Shown here piece by piece: positions 10,165 through 20,455 of a DNA stretch of 64,000 bases. The position numbers and the translations under genes are program-made. Position 1 is the stretch's first letter. Each line of letters begins with the position of its first letter. Under the pieces are notes generated by a model. That model was not told the origin of the DNA, did not search any database, and was given only the letters and a program-made list of their open reading frames with translations. Location: the NCBI GenBank assembly GCA_965247455.1, contig CBDFHE010000003.1, positions 3,332-67,331 of the forward strand, written 5' to 3'. This DNA comes from Candidatus Acidiferrales bacterium (lineage in GTDB: Bacteria > Acidobacteriota > Terriglobia > Acidiferrales > 2-02-FULL-67-57).

Positions 10165-10715
10165 ATGTACGGACTGGTGAACAAGGCAGTGCAAGACCTC
10201 ATAGTCACGCAGTTTGGCAACGACAAGTGGGAAGAGATCAAGAGGAAAGCTGACATCGGCGTCGAATCCTTCATCAGCATGAATCCTTACCCCGACGAGG
10301 TCACATATAATCTCATCCGTGCCGCAAGCGAGGTACTGGGCCTACCTCCCGACGAGATCCTCGAAGCCTCGGCGAGTACTGGACGGTTTATACCGCACGA
10401 GAAGGGTATGGCGAGATGCTGAAACTCGCTGGTGACAGCTTTGTTGAGTTTCTCCAGAACCTCGACAATCTGCACGCTCGCGTGGGTTTGATTTTCCCAA
10501 AGCTCAAGCCCCCCAAGTTCCATTGCACCGACGTCACCGAGGAGTCCCTCCGCCTCCACTACCGTTCCGAACGGGCGGGGCTGGCGCCCATGATTATCGG
10601 CTTGGTCAAGGGCCTGGGCAAATTGTTCGACACGGAGGTAAATGTATCGATCGACAAGGGGCGCACCAACGGTCACGGCCACAACGAGTTTCTGATTCAG
10701 TTTAAGAAGGCATGA
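10165..10715 (+). pseudogene. H-NOX (heme NO/O2-binding, HNOB) domain protein split by a 1-nt deletion near 10369
   Basis: MYGLVNKAVQDLIVTQFG..WEEIK aligns by eye with the sGC beta1 N-terminus. The candidate proximal His is in NLDNLHARV, and the Y-x-S-x-R motif is present (LHYRSER). Adding one nt at gcc-t(t)c-ggc gives [27 protein letters not shown], for a 183 aa product. Confidence 0.8.
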
Positions 10716-12583
10716 ATAGTCCGCCCACAGATCGATTCGGGCTCAGCCCTAAGGCATTCTCCACGGCCTTCCCGTTTCACCTCGTGGTTGACCACGACAT
10801 GAACCTCTTGCAGGCTGGGCCGGGGATGCGCGGTCTGCTGCCCGGTCTATCTGTGGGAGACAGCTTCTCTCACCACTTCCGGATTCAGCGTCCCGAGGGG
10901 CCGTTGACGTTCGAGGCGATACAGCATCACACACAATCGGTTTTTCTTCTCAACGCGATTTCCGTGGAGGGTCTGGTGCTGAAGGGGCAGATGGTGCCTA
11001 TCGAAGAGGAGCACGTGATCGTCTTCCTCGGATCTCCATGGGTCACCACCGTAGAGGATGTGGCACAGCTTGGCCTCTCCTTGAAGGACTTTGCGGTTCA
11101 CGATTCGATCAGCGACTATCTCTTTCTCATCCAGACCCAGACCACATCTCTGGCGGATGCCAGTCGACTTTCCGGGGAACTCAAGGAACTAAACCGAAGA
11201 CTGGAGTCCCGAGTTGAGGAACGCACTTGGGAGCTCTCGTCGGCGAACGAGGAGTTGAACGCCCAGACGAACGAGCTGGCGAGAGCCAACGAGCTATTGA
11301 ATGTGGAACTGAGCGAGCGCAAGCGAGCGGAGGAAGAAATCCGAAGACTGAACCAAGACCTGGAGCAGCGGGTGGTCGAGCGCACGGGAGAACTGCGCGA
11401 GAGCGAGGAGCGGTTCCGGCAAGCGCAGAAGATGGAAGCGGTGGGGCGGCTGGCAGGCGGCGTGGCCCACGACTTCAACAACCTCCTCATGGTCATGCGG
11501 GGCTACGGCGAGCTGCTGTTGAACCGGCTGGACGCTAACGATCCGCTGCGGCGCAACGCCGAGGAAATCCAGAAAGCCGCTGAGCGCGCCACCGCGCTCA
11601 CCCAGCAACTGCTGGCCTTCAGCCGCAAGCAGGTGCTGCAGCCCAAGGTGCTGGACCTGAACGCTGTGGTCACCGAGGTGGAGAAGATGCTGCGGCGGCT
11701 GATTGGGGAGGACATCGAGCTGGCGGCGGTATTGGATCTGGCGCTGGGACGGGTGAAAGCCGACCCGGGCCAGATGGAGCAGATCATCCTGAACCTGGCG
11801 GTCAACGCGCGCGATGCCATGCCGCGGGGCGGGCGACTCACCCTCAAGACCGCTAACGTCACCCTGGACCAAGCCTATGCCTATGCCCGCCAGCACGTGG
11901 GCGCCGCGCCCGGGCCCTACGTGCTGCTGGCGGTGAGCGACACCGGCATCGGGATGGACGCCGAGACGCGCTCCCACATCTTCGAGCCCTTCTTCACCAC
12001 CAAGGGCGCGGGCAAAGGCACCGGGCTGGGCCTTTCCACCGTCTATGGAATCGTCAAGCAAAGTGGCGGGACCCTCTGGGTGGAGAGCGCGCCTGGCCGG
12101 GGCACGACCTTCGAGATTTATCTTCCGCTGGTGGAGGAAGTAGCCGCCGGCGGAGAGCTCCACCCCGCGCTCCCCGCTCCTACTCCCGGGGGGACGGAAA
12201 CCATCCTGGTGGTGGAGGATGAGATGAGCGTTCGGAAACTCGCCGCTGAGTTCCTGGGAAGCAACGGCTACACGGTGCTGGAGGCGCAGGACGGTGGAGA
12301 GGCTCTGCAAGTGTGCGAAGAGCACCGGGCGCCGATCCACCTGCTGCTAACCGACGTGGTGATGCCGGGGATGAGCGGCTGGGAGTTGGCCGAGCGCTTG
12401 GCGGGAGCGCGGCCGGAGATGAAGGTGACCTACATGTCGGGCTACACCGACGACGCCATTGTCCAGCATGGCGTCCTGGAAGAGGGGACCGCTTTCCTCC
12501 AGAAGCCCTTCTCGCTGGATGCGCTGGCGCGCACCGTGCGCGAGGTGCTGGAGGCGGGAAGAGGGAATAATCTTTCCCAATAG
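10712..12583 (+). CDS. HNOBA-domain hybrid sensor histidine kinase with receiver domain
   Basis: The N-terminus ([20 protein letters not shown]...[42 protein letters not shown]) resembles the HNOBA domain of soluble guanylate cyclases. It is followed by a coiled coil, HisKA, HATPase_c and REC. The ATGA start overlaps the H-NOX stop. Confidence 0.85.
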   Translation: MNSPPTDRFGLSPKAFSTAFPFHLVVDHDMNLLQAGPGMRGLLPGLSVGDSFSHHFRIQRPEGPLTFEAIQHHTQSVFLLNAISVEGLVLKGQMVPIEEEHVIVFLGSPWVTTVEDVAQLGLSLKDFAVHDSISDYLFLIQTQTTSLADASRLSGELKELNRRLESRVEERTWELSSANEELNAQTNELARANELLNVELSERKRAEEEIRRLNQDLEQRVVERTGELRESEERFRQAQKMEAVGRLAGGVAHDFNNLLMVMRGYGELLLNRLDANDPLRRNAEEIQKAAERATALTQQLLAFSRKQVLQPKVLDLNAVVTEVEKMLRRLIGEDIELAAVLDLALGRVKADPGQMEQIILNLAVNARDAMPRGGRLTLKTANVTLDQAYAYARQHVGAAPGPYVLLAVSDTGIGMDAETRSHIFEPFFTTKGAGKGTGLGLSTVYGIVKQSGGTLWVESAPGRGTTFEIYLPLVEEVAAGGELHPALPAPTPGGTETILVVEDEMSVRKLAAEFLGSNGYTVLEAQDGGEALQVCEEHRAPIHLLLTDVVMPGMSGWELAERLAGARPEMKVTYMSGYTDDAIVQHGVLEEGTAFLQKPFSLDALARTVREVLEAGRGNNLSQ

Positions 12584-12696
12584 TTTCTCAACCTTCCCCT
12601 CAGTCCAACACCTTGCGCTCCGCCCCCCGCTTCCAACACCTCCTGCGCCGCCCGCCTGCGGACGGGCAGGCATGAACTTCCCGGAAAACTAAGCTG

Positions 12697-13902
12697 CTAG
12701 GCCAGCGCCTGCTTGAGGTCGGCGAGCAGGTCGGCGGCATCCTCCACGCCAATCGAGAGCCGCACCGTCCCCGGCGACACGCCCACCGCCGCCAACTCTT
12801 CGCGCGACATGTGGTGGTGGGAGGTATAAATAGGCAGCACTGCCAGCGACTCCACCCCGCCCAGCGACACCGCCAGTAGGAACACCCGAATCCGGTTGCC
12901 GAACCGCCGCGCCGCCCCCAGCCCGCCCTTCAGGTCGAAGGCCAGCATTGCGCCGAACCCGCTCATCTGCCGCCGCGCCAGGGCGTGGTCGGGGTGCGAG
13001 CGCAGCCCCGGGTAGTGCACCCGCGCCACCTTCGGATGCCGCTCCAAGAACCGCGCCACCGCCAGTGCATTGGCCGCCTGCCGCCGCATCCGCGTCTCCA
13101 GCGTTTTCATTCCGCGAATTAGCAGGTAGCCCGCCACCGGGTCGAGCGACCCGCCCAGCTTGATCATGGTGTGCCGAATCTTTTCCACCAGCTTCGCCCG
13201 CCCGGCCACCGCTCCGGCGATGATGTCCGAGTGCCCGCCCAGGTACTTGGTCGCGCTGTGGCACACCACATCGAAACCTAGCGTCAGCGGCCGTTGCAGC
13301 ACCGGCGTAGCGAAGGTGTTGTCCACCGCGCTCACCAGCCCCAGGCGCCGCGCCAGCGCCGCCGCTTTGCGCAGGTCAACAATTTGCAAGGTCGGGTTGG
13401 TGGGCGTTTCGGTATAGAGCAGGCGCGTCCGGGGCGTCACCCGCGCCTCCACCCCGCGCAAGTCGCTCTCCACAAAGTGCACCTTGATGCCGAAGCGCGG
13501 CAGCAGGTCCCGCATCAGCCGATACGTCCCGCCGTAGAGCCGCCGGGTGGCGATGATCTCCTCGCCCGCGCCCACGAAGGTCAGCAGCGTAGTGGATATC
13601 GCCGCCATGCCCGACGCGGTCACCAGCCCCGCCTCGCCTTCTTCCAGCGCTGCCAGCTTGGCCTCCGCCACCCGCAGCGTGGGGTTGCCGTAGCGGGTGT
13701 AGATGTCGGCCTTCGAGCGCCCTTCGGCCCAGCGCTTCATCTCCTCTACGCTGGCGAAGGTGAAGGTGGCTGATTGCACCACCGGCGACACCACCGGCCC
13801 GCCCACTCCGTGCCGACTTTCGCCCACGTGCACCGCCCGCGTCGCCATACCTGCCTGCGTTCCTGTCCGGCTTTTTCGGCCACCTGTTTTTGTGCGCGCC
13901 AT
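12697..13902 (-). CDS. Cys/Met-metabolism PLP-dependent enzyme (cystathionine gamma-synthase / beta-lyase / methionine gamma-lyase family)
   Basis: Conserved blocks include YTRYGNPT, VDNTFATP and the PLP-lysine region HSATKYLGGHSD. The start is set at MARTKTGG (13902); the second Met at 13848 is also possible. The longer 571 aa ORF extension looks non-coding. Confidence 0.85.
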   Translation of the reverse strand: MARTKTGGRKSRTGTQAGMATRAVHVGESRHGVGGPVVSPVVQSATFTFASVEEMKRWAEGRSKADIYTRYGNPTLRVAEAKLAALEEGEAGLVTASGMAAISTTLLTFVGAGEEIIATRRLYGGTYRLMRDLLPRFGIKVHFVESDLRGVEARVTPRTRLLYTETPTNPTLQIVDLRKAAALARRLGLVSAVDNTFATPVLQRPLTLGFDVVCHSATKYLGGHSDIIAGAVAGRAKLVEKIRHTMIKLGGSLDPVAGYLLIRGMKTLETRMRRQAANALAVARFLERHPKVARVHYPGLRSHPDHALARRQMSGFGAMLAFDLKGGLGAARRFGNRIRVFLLAVSLGGVESLAVLPIYTSHHHMSREELAAVGVSPGTVRLSIGVEDAADLLADLKQALA

Positions 13903-14010
13903 CTTCTTCCCTTTCCCCTGAGTGTTCGGAAACTGTGTTCTTCCTTCCCGCTCGGACTCTACCCTGCCGGGCAAGCTCCCGCCACTGCCAATTTGTCTTC
14001 CAAAATAGTT

Positions 14011-14038
14011 CAGCCCCGTGGCTGCTGCCACGGGGCTG
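14011..14038 (-). terminator. Intrinsic terminator-like hairpin downstream of the EF-G-like gene
   Basis: Perfect 12 bp stem cagccccgtggc/gccacggggctg with a 4 nt loop. On the minus strand it is followed by aactattttg. Confidence 0.6.
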
Positions 14039-14075
14039 TTCAATCCACGGATCAACAAATCAACGGCTGAAGTCG

Positions 14076-16202
14076 CTAGGCTTCCTCTTCGGCTGTGCCG
14101 GCCTTGGCGGCTTTGGCGTGTGCGATGATTTTCTGCTCGATGTCGTGCGGCACGAAGTCGTAGTGGGCGAACTCCATGTGGTAGCTGCCGCGCCCCTGCG
14201 TGACCGAGGTCAGGGTATTGGCGTAGTCCATCATCTCGCTCATCGGCACCTGCGCTTTGATCACCGTCATTGACCCGCGCGAATCCATCCCCTGGATGCG
14301 CCCCCGCCGCCCGCTGATGTCGCCCATCAGGTCGCCGGAGAACTCCTGCGGCGCGTACACCTCCACCGTCATCACCGGCTCCAGCAGGGCGGGCTTGGCC
14401 TGCTCCATGCACTTCTTGAAGCCCAGCGAGCCGGCGATTTTGAAGGCCATGTCGCTCGAATCCACGTCGTGGTACTGCCCGTCGTAGAGGCTGACCCTGA
14501 AGTCCACCACCGGATAGCCCGCCAGATAGCCCCGGTTGGCCGCCTCCACAATTCCTTTCTCCACCGACGGAATCCAGTTTTTCGGGATCGACCCCCCGAA
14601 GATGTCGTTCACAAACTCGAACCCCCCGCCGCGCGGCAGCGGCTCTAACTTGATGCGGGCCACCCCAAACTGTCCCCGCCCGCCGGTCTGCTTCTTGTGC
14701 TTGCCTTCGGCCTGGGCGCGGGCGCGGATGGTTTCCCGGTAGGGCACCTTGGGCGCCTTCAGCGTCACCTGCACCCCGTAGCGCTTCTTCAGCTTCGACA
14801 CCACCACTTCAATGTGCTGCTGGCCGGAGCCCGAAAGCAGAAACTCATGCGTCTGCGCCTCGCGCGAGTAGCGCAGGGACGGGTCTTCCTCCAGGATTTT
14901 GTGCATGGCGGTGCTCATCTTCTCTTCGTCCTGGCGCGTCTTGGGCTCGACCGCAAAACTGATCAGTGGCTCCGGCAACTTGACCTGCGGGTAGTGGATA
15001 GGCGCGCCCTTCTCGCCCAGGGTGTCGCCGGTGACGGTCTCCTTGAGCTTGCCCACCACCCCGATATCGCCCGCCTGCAACTCCGCCACCTGCGTGTGCG
15101 TCTTCCCCTGCGCCACCGAGATGTGCTGGAAGCGCTCGTTGGCCCCGCGTGTGAAGTTGGCGATGGTAGCGTCGTTCTTCAGCACCCCGCTCCGCACCTT
15201 GAAGTAGCTGATGCGGCCGGCGAACGGGTCGGCCAGCGTCTTCCACACGAACACTGAGAGCGGCTCCTGCTTCGCAACCTTGCGGACCATTTCTTCGCCC
15301 TGGCCGTCCGGCTCCGGGTAGCCGGTCGCCTGCTTGCCCTCCACCGCGTCGGGCAGGAAGTCCACCAGAAAGTTCAGCAGATAGTCGGACCCGATGTTGT
15401 GCAGCCCGCTGAGGGGCAGTACCGGGTGCAGCCGCCCGGCCTGCAGGGCTGCGCGCAAGCCCTTGCGTAAGTCTTCTTCCGGCAGCGTGCCCTTGTCGAA
15501 AAATTCTTCCATCAACTTGTCGTCGCCTTCGGCCACCATTTCCACCAGCGCCTCGTGGGCGGTCTTGGCGGCCTCGGCCAGCTCGCCGGGAATTTCTTCC
15601 ACCTTGGCTTTGCCCTTGCCGTCGGCCTCGTAGCTCCAGGCTTTCATCCCGATCAGGTCAATCAGGCCGCGGAACTTTTCGCCTTCGCCCAGCGGAATCG
15701 CCGCCGGCACCAGCGCCCGCCCGAAGCGCTCTTTCAGGCTCTCCAGCGCGCGGTCAAAGCTGGCATTCTCGCGGTCCATCTTGTTGACCGCAAACACCCG
15801 CGGCAGCTCGTATTCGATGGCGTAGTCCCACACCTTCTCGGTCACCACCTCCACCCCCGCCACCGCGTCTATCAAAATCAGCGCGCTGTCGGCCGCCACC
15901 AGCGCCGCCTTGGTGTCGTTTATGAAGAGGTTGTAGCCGGGCGTGTCGATGAAGTTGATCTTCACCTTTTCCTTCTGGTTGGCCGTGGCCCACTCCGCGT
16001 GCGCCAGCGCCGACCAGATGGAAACCCCGCGCTGGATTTCCTCCTCGTCGAAGTCGGTCACCGACTGGCCGTCCTCGACCCGGCCCAGCCGGTCCACCAG
16101 CCCGGCGGTATAGAGCAGCGACGTCACCAGCGACGTTTTCCCGGTGTCGCCGTGCCCGGTCACGCCTACAGTACGGATGAGTTTTCCGCTGTACACCTTC
16201 AC
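14076..16202 (-). CDS. Elongation factor G family GTPase (EF-G paralogue-like)
   Basis: G motifs GHGDTGKTS, DTPG and NKMD, followed by EF-G domains II-V. The start is proposed at GTG 16202 with an upstream GGAGA; the ORF itself extends to 16355. Confidence 0.85.
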   Translation of the reverse strand: MKVYSGKLIRTVGVTGHGDTGKTSLVTSLLYTAGLVDRLGRVEDGQSVTDFDEEEIQRGVSIWSALAHAEWATANQKEKVKINFIDTPGYNLFINDTKAALVAADSALILIDAVAGVEVVTEKVWDYAIEYELPRVFAVNKMDRENASFDRALESLKERFGRALVPAAIPLGEGEKFRGLIDLIGMKAWSYEADGKGKAKVEEIPGELAEAAKTAHEALVEMVAEGDDKLMEEFFDKGTLPEEDLRKGLRAALQAGRLHPVLPLSGLHNIGSDYLLNFLVDFLPDAVEGKQATGYPEPDGQGEEMVRKVAKQEPLSVFVWKTLADPFAGRISYFKVRSGVLKNDATIANFTRGANERFQHISVAQGKTHTQVAELQAGDIGVVGKLKETVTGDTLGEKGAPIHYPQVKLPEPLISFAVEPKTRQDEEKMSTAMHKILEEDPSLRYSREAQTHEFLLSGSGQQHIEVVVSKLKKRYGVQVTLKAPKVPYRETIRARAQAEGKHKKQTGGRGQFGVARIKLEPLPRGGGFEFVNDIFGGSIPKNWIPSVEKGIVEAANRGYLAGYPVVDFRVSLYDGQYHDVDSSDMAFKIAGSLGFKKCMEQAKPALLEPVMTVEVYAPQEFSGDLMGDISGRRGRIQGMDSRGSMTVIKAQVPMSEMMDYANTLTSVTQGRGSYHMEFAHYDFVPHDIEQKIIAHAKAAKAGTAEEEA

Positions 16203-16801
16203 TGGAGTCTCCCCCTCTGAATCGTTCCGGAACGTCCCGCCAGCGGGATCGCCCGCCGGGCTGCTCCCCGTACCCTGCCTACGGCAGGCGGGCTGCCCCC
16301 CTGCAGCCCCATCCCGAATTTTCGGGACGTAGGCGGGAGACGCCGATGCTACCAATCCCCTACCGCCGCCGTCAACGTTCTCTCGTGCCTGAGGAGTATC
16401 CTATATTTATTTCACACCGAGCCCCCAGGCCTGTCCTGCTTGCCCTGAGCGCGGTCGAAGGGAGCGTAGCCGAAAGACCCCTGCGTGGGGGAGACTGTCT
16501 GCGCGGGCTAATTAGGCACCACCTCTTGTTGGTTGGAATAGCCTACTGCGCAGCGTATCCTCCGGCTGGGTTGCAGAGTCTGAGCCTGCAGTGGGGGCTG
16601 CCTCCCCACTTTTTGCCCGTACGAGGTGTTTGCCCTGCCTGGACTCTTTGCGTGCTCTGTGCCTCTGCGGTGGGACTGCCGAGAGAATCGACAGCGCAGC
16701 TAATAGGGGCTGCTCGTTCCAGCGAGGTTAGGAGACAAGAGGGTTGCGCTGGGCGCGGACAGGCGCAGCCCCCCGCGTCGGCGCCGCTCGGCCAAGTTCG
16801 A

Positions 16802-17185
16802 TTAGGCTGGGCGTTTCGTTTCTTGGGCCAAGAGCTGCTCGATTTGTGTCTTCAGGTTCTCGGGGTCAATCGGTTTGGTGATGTAGGCGTCAAAGCCGGC
16901 GCTCAGGCCTTTCTCTCGGTCGCCCTGCATGGCGTAGGCCGTTACCGCCACCACCCGCAGAGCCGCAAAGCGAGCGTCCTGGCGGAGTTGGCTCACCACC
17001 GCAAAGCCATTCAGGATCGGCATCTGGATGTCCAGCAGAACCAGGTCCGGAGACGTCTCCTTGATCTGTTGCAGCGCCTCGCGCCCGTCACAGGCTTCCA
17101 CTACCTCGTAGCCCCAGTCCTCGAGGAGCTCCGTGACCAATTCCCGGCTGAGCGGGTCGTCTTCGGCTACCAAAATCTTGCTCAT
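16802..17185 (-). CDS. Single-domain response regulator (receiver)
   Basis: [17 protein letters not shown]...[13 protein letters not shown]...ITKP. The start overlaps the upstream kinase stop (ATGA). Confidence 0.85.
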   Translation of the reverse strand: MSKILVAEDDPLSRELVTELLEDWGYEVVEACDGREALQQIKETSPDLVLLDIQMPILNGFAVVSQLRQDARFAALRVVAVTAYAMQGDREKGLSAGFDAYITKPIDPENLKTQIEQLLAQETKRPA

Positions 17186-20100
17186 GACTTTGCTACCGGT
17201 TTTCCTAGGAGTTTGTTGATCTGTGCCAGCAGATTGACTTTCCAGGGCGTTTCCTTCTGGAAGAAAGCATGCGTCTCCCGGCACAGCAGACGCACCTCGC
17301 TCTCCTGCATGTCTTGCAGGTCTTTGCTGGTCAGAACGAAAATCGGAATGTTGCGTTTGTCCTCGTCCTGTTTGAGGCGGCGGATCAGCTCAAACCCGTC
17401 CATCCCCGGCATCATCAAATCCACCAGGATGCCATCCGGTCGCGTTCGCTCCAGGATTGCCAGCGCTTCCTGGCCGCCGGGCGCCGCCAGCGGCGAGTAG
17501 CCCACCTCCGTCAGCACTTCCGTCATCAGTTGCAGCGTCGCCGGGTCGTCGTCCACCACCAGCAAGGTCAGGCGCTTGCCGGCTCCGTCCGGCAGTTGCT
17601 TGCGGATCGCCTTCACCAGCAGGTCCTTGTCCACCGGTTTCACTAGGTAGTCCGCCGCCCCCAGGTTGAGGCTCGGGTCCTGATCCATCCCGGAGACCAT
17701 GATGACCGGAATCTCGCCCGTCTCCCGATGCTGCTTCAATTCGTAGAGTGTCTCCCAACCGGTTTTGCCGGGCATCACAATGTTGAGCGTGATGACGTCG
17801 GGGCGAAGTTCTCGCGCCGCTGCCAGCGCTTCCGTGCCCGACCGCACCGCCCGCACCGTATAACCTTCCGGCTCCAGGAAGCTCACCAGCAGCTCGCGGG
17901 TGGCGAGTTCATTATCTACCACCAGCACCAGCGGTCGCTCGCGCCCGGTGGAGGCGACCACAATCTCCGGCTCGGCTTCCGCCGGCGTTTGCACCACCGG
18001 CAAAGTGAAACTGAAACGGCTGCCCTTTCCCGGCTCGCTGTCCACCCAGATTTCCCCCCCGTGTTGCTCTACCAGGCGCTTGCTGATAGCCAGCCCCAGG
18101 CCGGTGCCTTCCTTGACGCCCCGGGTAGTCTCTCCCACTTGGCGGAATTCGCCGAAGACGGCGGCCCGATCCTCGGGTCGGATGCCCACGCCGGTGTCGC
18201 TCACCGTGATGCGCGCTACACCGCGGGAAATCAAGGACTCAATCCGTACCTCCCCGCTCCCCGGTGTGAATTTGACCGCGTTGCTGAGCAGGTTGTAGAG
18301 GATTTGCTTGAAGCGAACCCGGTCGGCGTAGATCGCCATCTCCTCGCCCACCGTGGTTACCAGTTGGATGTACTTGGACTGGGCCAGCGGGGTGATGGTG
18401 GAGAGCACCTCCTGCAGCGCTTCCGCCGCGCGGAAGCTCTCCGGGTTGAGCTGCAACTGGCCGGCTTCGATCTTGGACAGATCCAGAATGTCGTTGATGA
18501 GTTGCAGCAGGTGGCGCGAGGCTTTCAGCATGTGCCCGACAAAGCGCTTCTGCTTCTGGTTCAGGGGCCCTGGTTTTTCTCCCGCCAGCAGGTCGGAAAA
18601 TCCGATGATGGCGTTCAAGGGTGTGCGCAGCTCGTGGCTCATGCTGGCCAGGAATCGGTTTTTCAGTTGCGTCGCCTGCTGCAATTCCTGGTTCTGAAGC
18701 TCTTGCTCATACTTTTGCTGCTCGATTCGGCGCCGCGCCAGCTCCAGTTCCTCCACCAGGTTGGCCAGCTCCGCCGAATGTTGTTCCTGTGCGCCCTGGG
18801 CGGCTTCCAGGTCTTGGGCATAGCGGGTTAACTCCTCCTCGGCGCGCTTGCGCTCGGTGATGTCGGTGATGGTGCCGACGTAGCCTACGATTTCTCCGTC
18901 CTCCCCCTTCTCAGCCACCGCCTGCCCAAACACCCAGGTCACCACCCCGTCGGGGCGTCGGAAGCGATACTCGGAGTGAAGCTGTGAGCCCTCTCGGGCA
19001 ATTCGGTGCCATTCCGCGAACACGCGCTCGCGGTCCTCGGGGTGAATCGCCCGCGCCCAGCCTTCTCCGCGCGCCTCCTCCGGCGTCAGACCCGCAATCT
19101 CGCACCAGCGCTGGTTGACGTAGGTGCAGTTCCCGTCCGCATTGGTGCGGAAGATACCCACCGGCGACACCGTCGTCAAAGTTTGGAACAGCTTCTGGCT
19201 CTCGCGCAGTTCTCCCGTGCGCTCGACTACGCGCTGCTCCAGTTCTTGGTTCAGTCTTCGGATTTCCTCCTCCGCCTGCTTGCGCTCGGTAATGTCGAGG
19301 ATGGAGTGAACCACTCGGCCCAGGGTCTGCTCGTAGCCCGGAACCGCCGACCAGTGCACCGCAAGATTCTTGATCTTGCCTTTCAAGGTTCTCCCGACTG
19401 TCTCAGCTCTGAAGTTTGTTTCCCCTTGGGAAATGGCGACCAATTCCTTGCCAAAACTTTTGTAGGACTCGTCAATGAAGGTCGGCCCCGCCTTCCCCAA
19501 CAAGCTCTCTTGGGTGGGGGCTTCGAACAACTCCGCCATCGGGCGGTTCACGTCAACGGCTTTCACCAGCGCCAAGCACCTCGCCACCTCGTCCGGATTG
19601 TCGCTCAAGTAGTTCTCTAAGTTGTTGCTGCCCGCAGCGCGCAACTCCTCAAGCCGCTTCTTGACCGCGGAGAAATCCTGCACGCACAAGGGAATGGGCG
19701 AGTCTTCAAAGAAACGCCGGTAGCGCTCTTCGCTGGCCCGCAGCGCCTCCTCCGCCCGCTTGCGCTCGGTGATGTCCTCAACAACGCAGCTCACTCCTAT
19801 GACGGTGCCGTCGTGGGACTTGACCGCATAATAGTTGTGCTGGTAGTGCCTTTTTACGCCCGGCTGAGCCATGGTCTCCGCCTCGACTGTCCCTCCCTCG
19901 ATCGGATGCCCGGTTTCAATCACGTGGCGGAGCTGCGATTCGACGCCCGCCGCCACGCCCGGAAGCAGCTCGGCGACTGTCCGCCCCAGGTGTCCCTCCG
20001 CCGGGATCCCATTGATCGCGGCAAGCCACTCATTGATGTAGAGGTATCGTAAGTCTGTGTCCAAATAGCAGAGACCTATCGGCGCCTCTCTGTAAATACG

Positions 20101-20214
20101 ATTCAGAGTCACCTGGATGCTGCTGTGCTGTTCCGAGGCTTCAGTTGCAGTAATCCGTTGGCCCCTTCTTATCAATTCGCTTCTGCTCTGCTGTTTTGTC
20201 CTATCTTTTTTCAT
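17182..20214 (-). CDS. Cytoplasmic multi-PAS hybrid sensor histidine kinase with two receiver domains
   Basis: 1010 aa with PAS units, H-box [11 protein letters not shown], HATPase_c ([14 protein letters not shown]) and two REC domains. It shares a 724 bp identical segment with the 321-4655 kinase. Confidence 0.9.
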   Translation of the reverse strand: MKKDRTKQQSRSELIRRGQRITATEASEQHSSIQVTLNRIYREAPIGLCYLDTDLRYLYINEWLAAINGIPAEGHLGRTVAELLPGVAAGVESQLRHVIETGHPIEGGTVEAETMAQPGVKRHYQHNYYAVKSHDGTVIGVSCVVEDITERKRAEEALRASEERYRRFFEDSPIPLCVQDFSAVKKRLEELRAAGSNNLENYLSDNPDEVARCLALVKAVDVNRPMAELFEAPTQESLLGKAGPTFIDESYKSFGKELVAISQGETNFRAETVGRTLKGKIKNLAVHWSAVPGYEQTLGRVVHSILDITERKQAEEEIRRLNQELEQRVVERTGELRESQKLFQTLTTVSPVGIFRTNADGNCTYVNQRWCEIAGLTPEEARGEGWARAIHPEDRERVFAEWHRIAREGSQLHSEYRFRRPDGVVTWVFGQAVAEKGEDGEIVGYVGTITDITERKRAEEELTRYAQDLEAAQGAQEQHSAELANLVEELELARRRIEQQKYEQELQNQELQQATQLKNRFLASMSHELRTPLNAIIGFSDLLAGEKPGPLNQKQKRFVGHMLKASRHLLQLINDILDLSKIEAGQLQLNPESFRAAEALQEVLSTITPLAQSKYIQLVTTVGEEMAIYADRVRFKQILYNLLSNAVKFTPGSGEVRIESLISRGVARITVSDTGVGIRPEDRAAVFGEFRQVGETTRGVKEGTGLGLAISKRLVEQHGGEIWVDSEPGKGSRFSFTLPVVQTPAEAEPEIVVASTGRERPLVLVVDNELATRELLVSFLEPEGYTVRAVRSGTEALAAARELRPDVITLNIVMPGKTGWETLYELKQHRETGEIPVIMVSGMDQDPSLNLGAADYLVKPVDKDLLVKAIRKQLPDGAGKRLTLLVVDDDPATLQLMTEVLTEVGYSPLAAPGGQEALAILERTRPDGILVDLMMPGMDGFELIRRLKQDEDKRNIPIFVLTSKDLQDMQESEVRLLCRETHAFFQKETPWKVNLLAQINKLLGKPVAKS

Positions 20215-20309
20215 CTTGTCGCCCCAAGAACGAGTAGCAATTTCTGCAACAGCCGGGCGTCGCCGGGGTTGTCTTCAATCAGCAGCACCTTGATCGGGTC
20301 GGCACTCAT
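20211..20309 (-). pseudogene. 32-codon remnant resembling the N-terminus of a receiver domain
   Basis: Translates to [32 protein letters not shown]. Its stop overlaps the ATG of the downstream kinase (ATGA). It is too short to fold as a receiver. Confidence 0.4.
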
Positions 20310-20455
20310 TCGTGTTCTCTCATTGCGCAGGCCGTTTCACCAGCGACAGCCGGAAATCCTCCAGACTTGGCCGGACTCAGTTGACCTAATTCGTCCCAGG
20401 ATTCGGTCCTCGGGGCCTGCCTCGGAGGGCCGGGTCATCTTAGGCGCCGAACACC

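Noticed and set aside
13903-14010. Possible SAM/Met-type riboswitch upstream of the Cys/Met PLP enzyme gene.
   Set aside because: I could not recognise conserved SAM-I, SAM-II or other riboswitch core sequences by eye. A covariance-model scan (Rfam/Infernal) would be needed.
13903-14412. The 170-codon N-terminal extension of the 12697-14412 ORF.
   Set aside because: The extension crosses the EF-G terminator hairpin and the 3-prime end of the EF-G-like gene. Homology to Cys/Met PLP enzymes starts only after MARTKTGG (13902).
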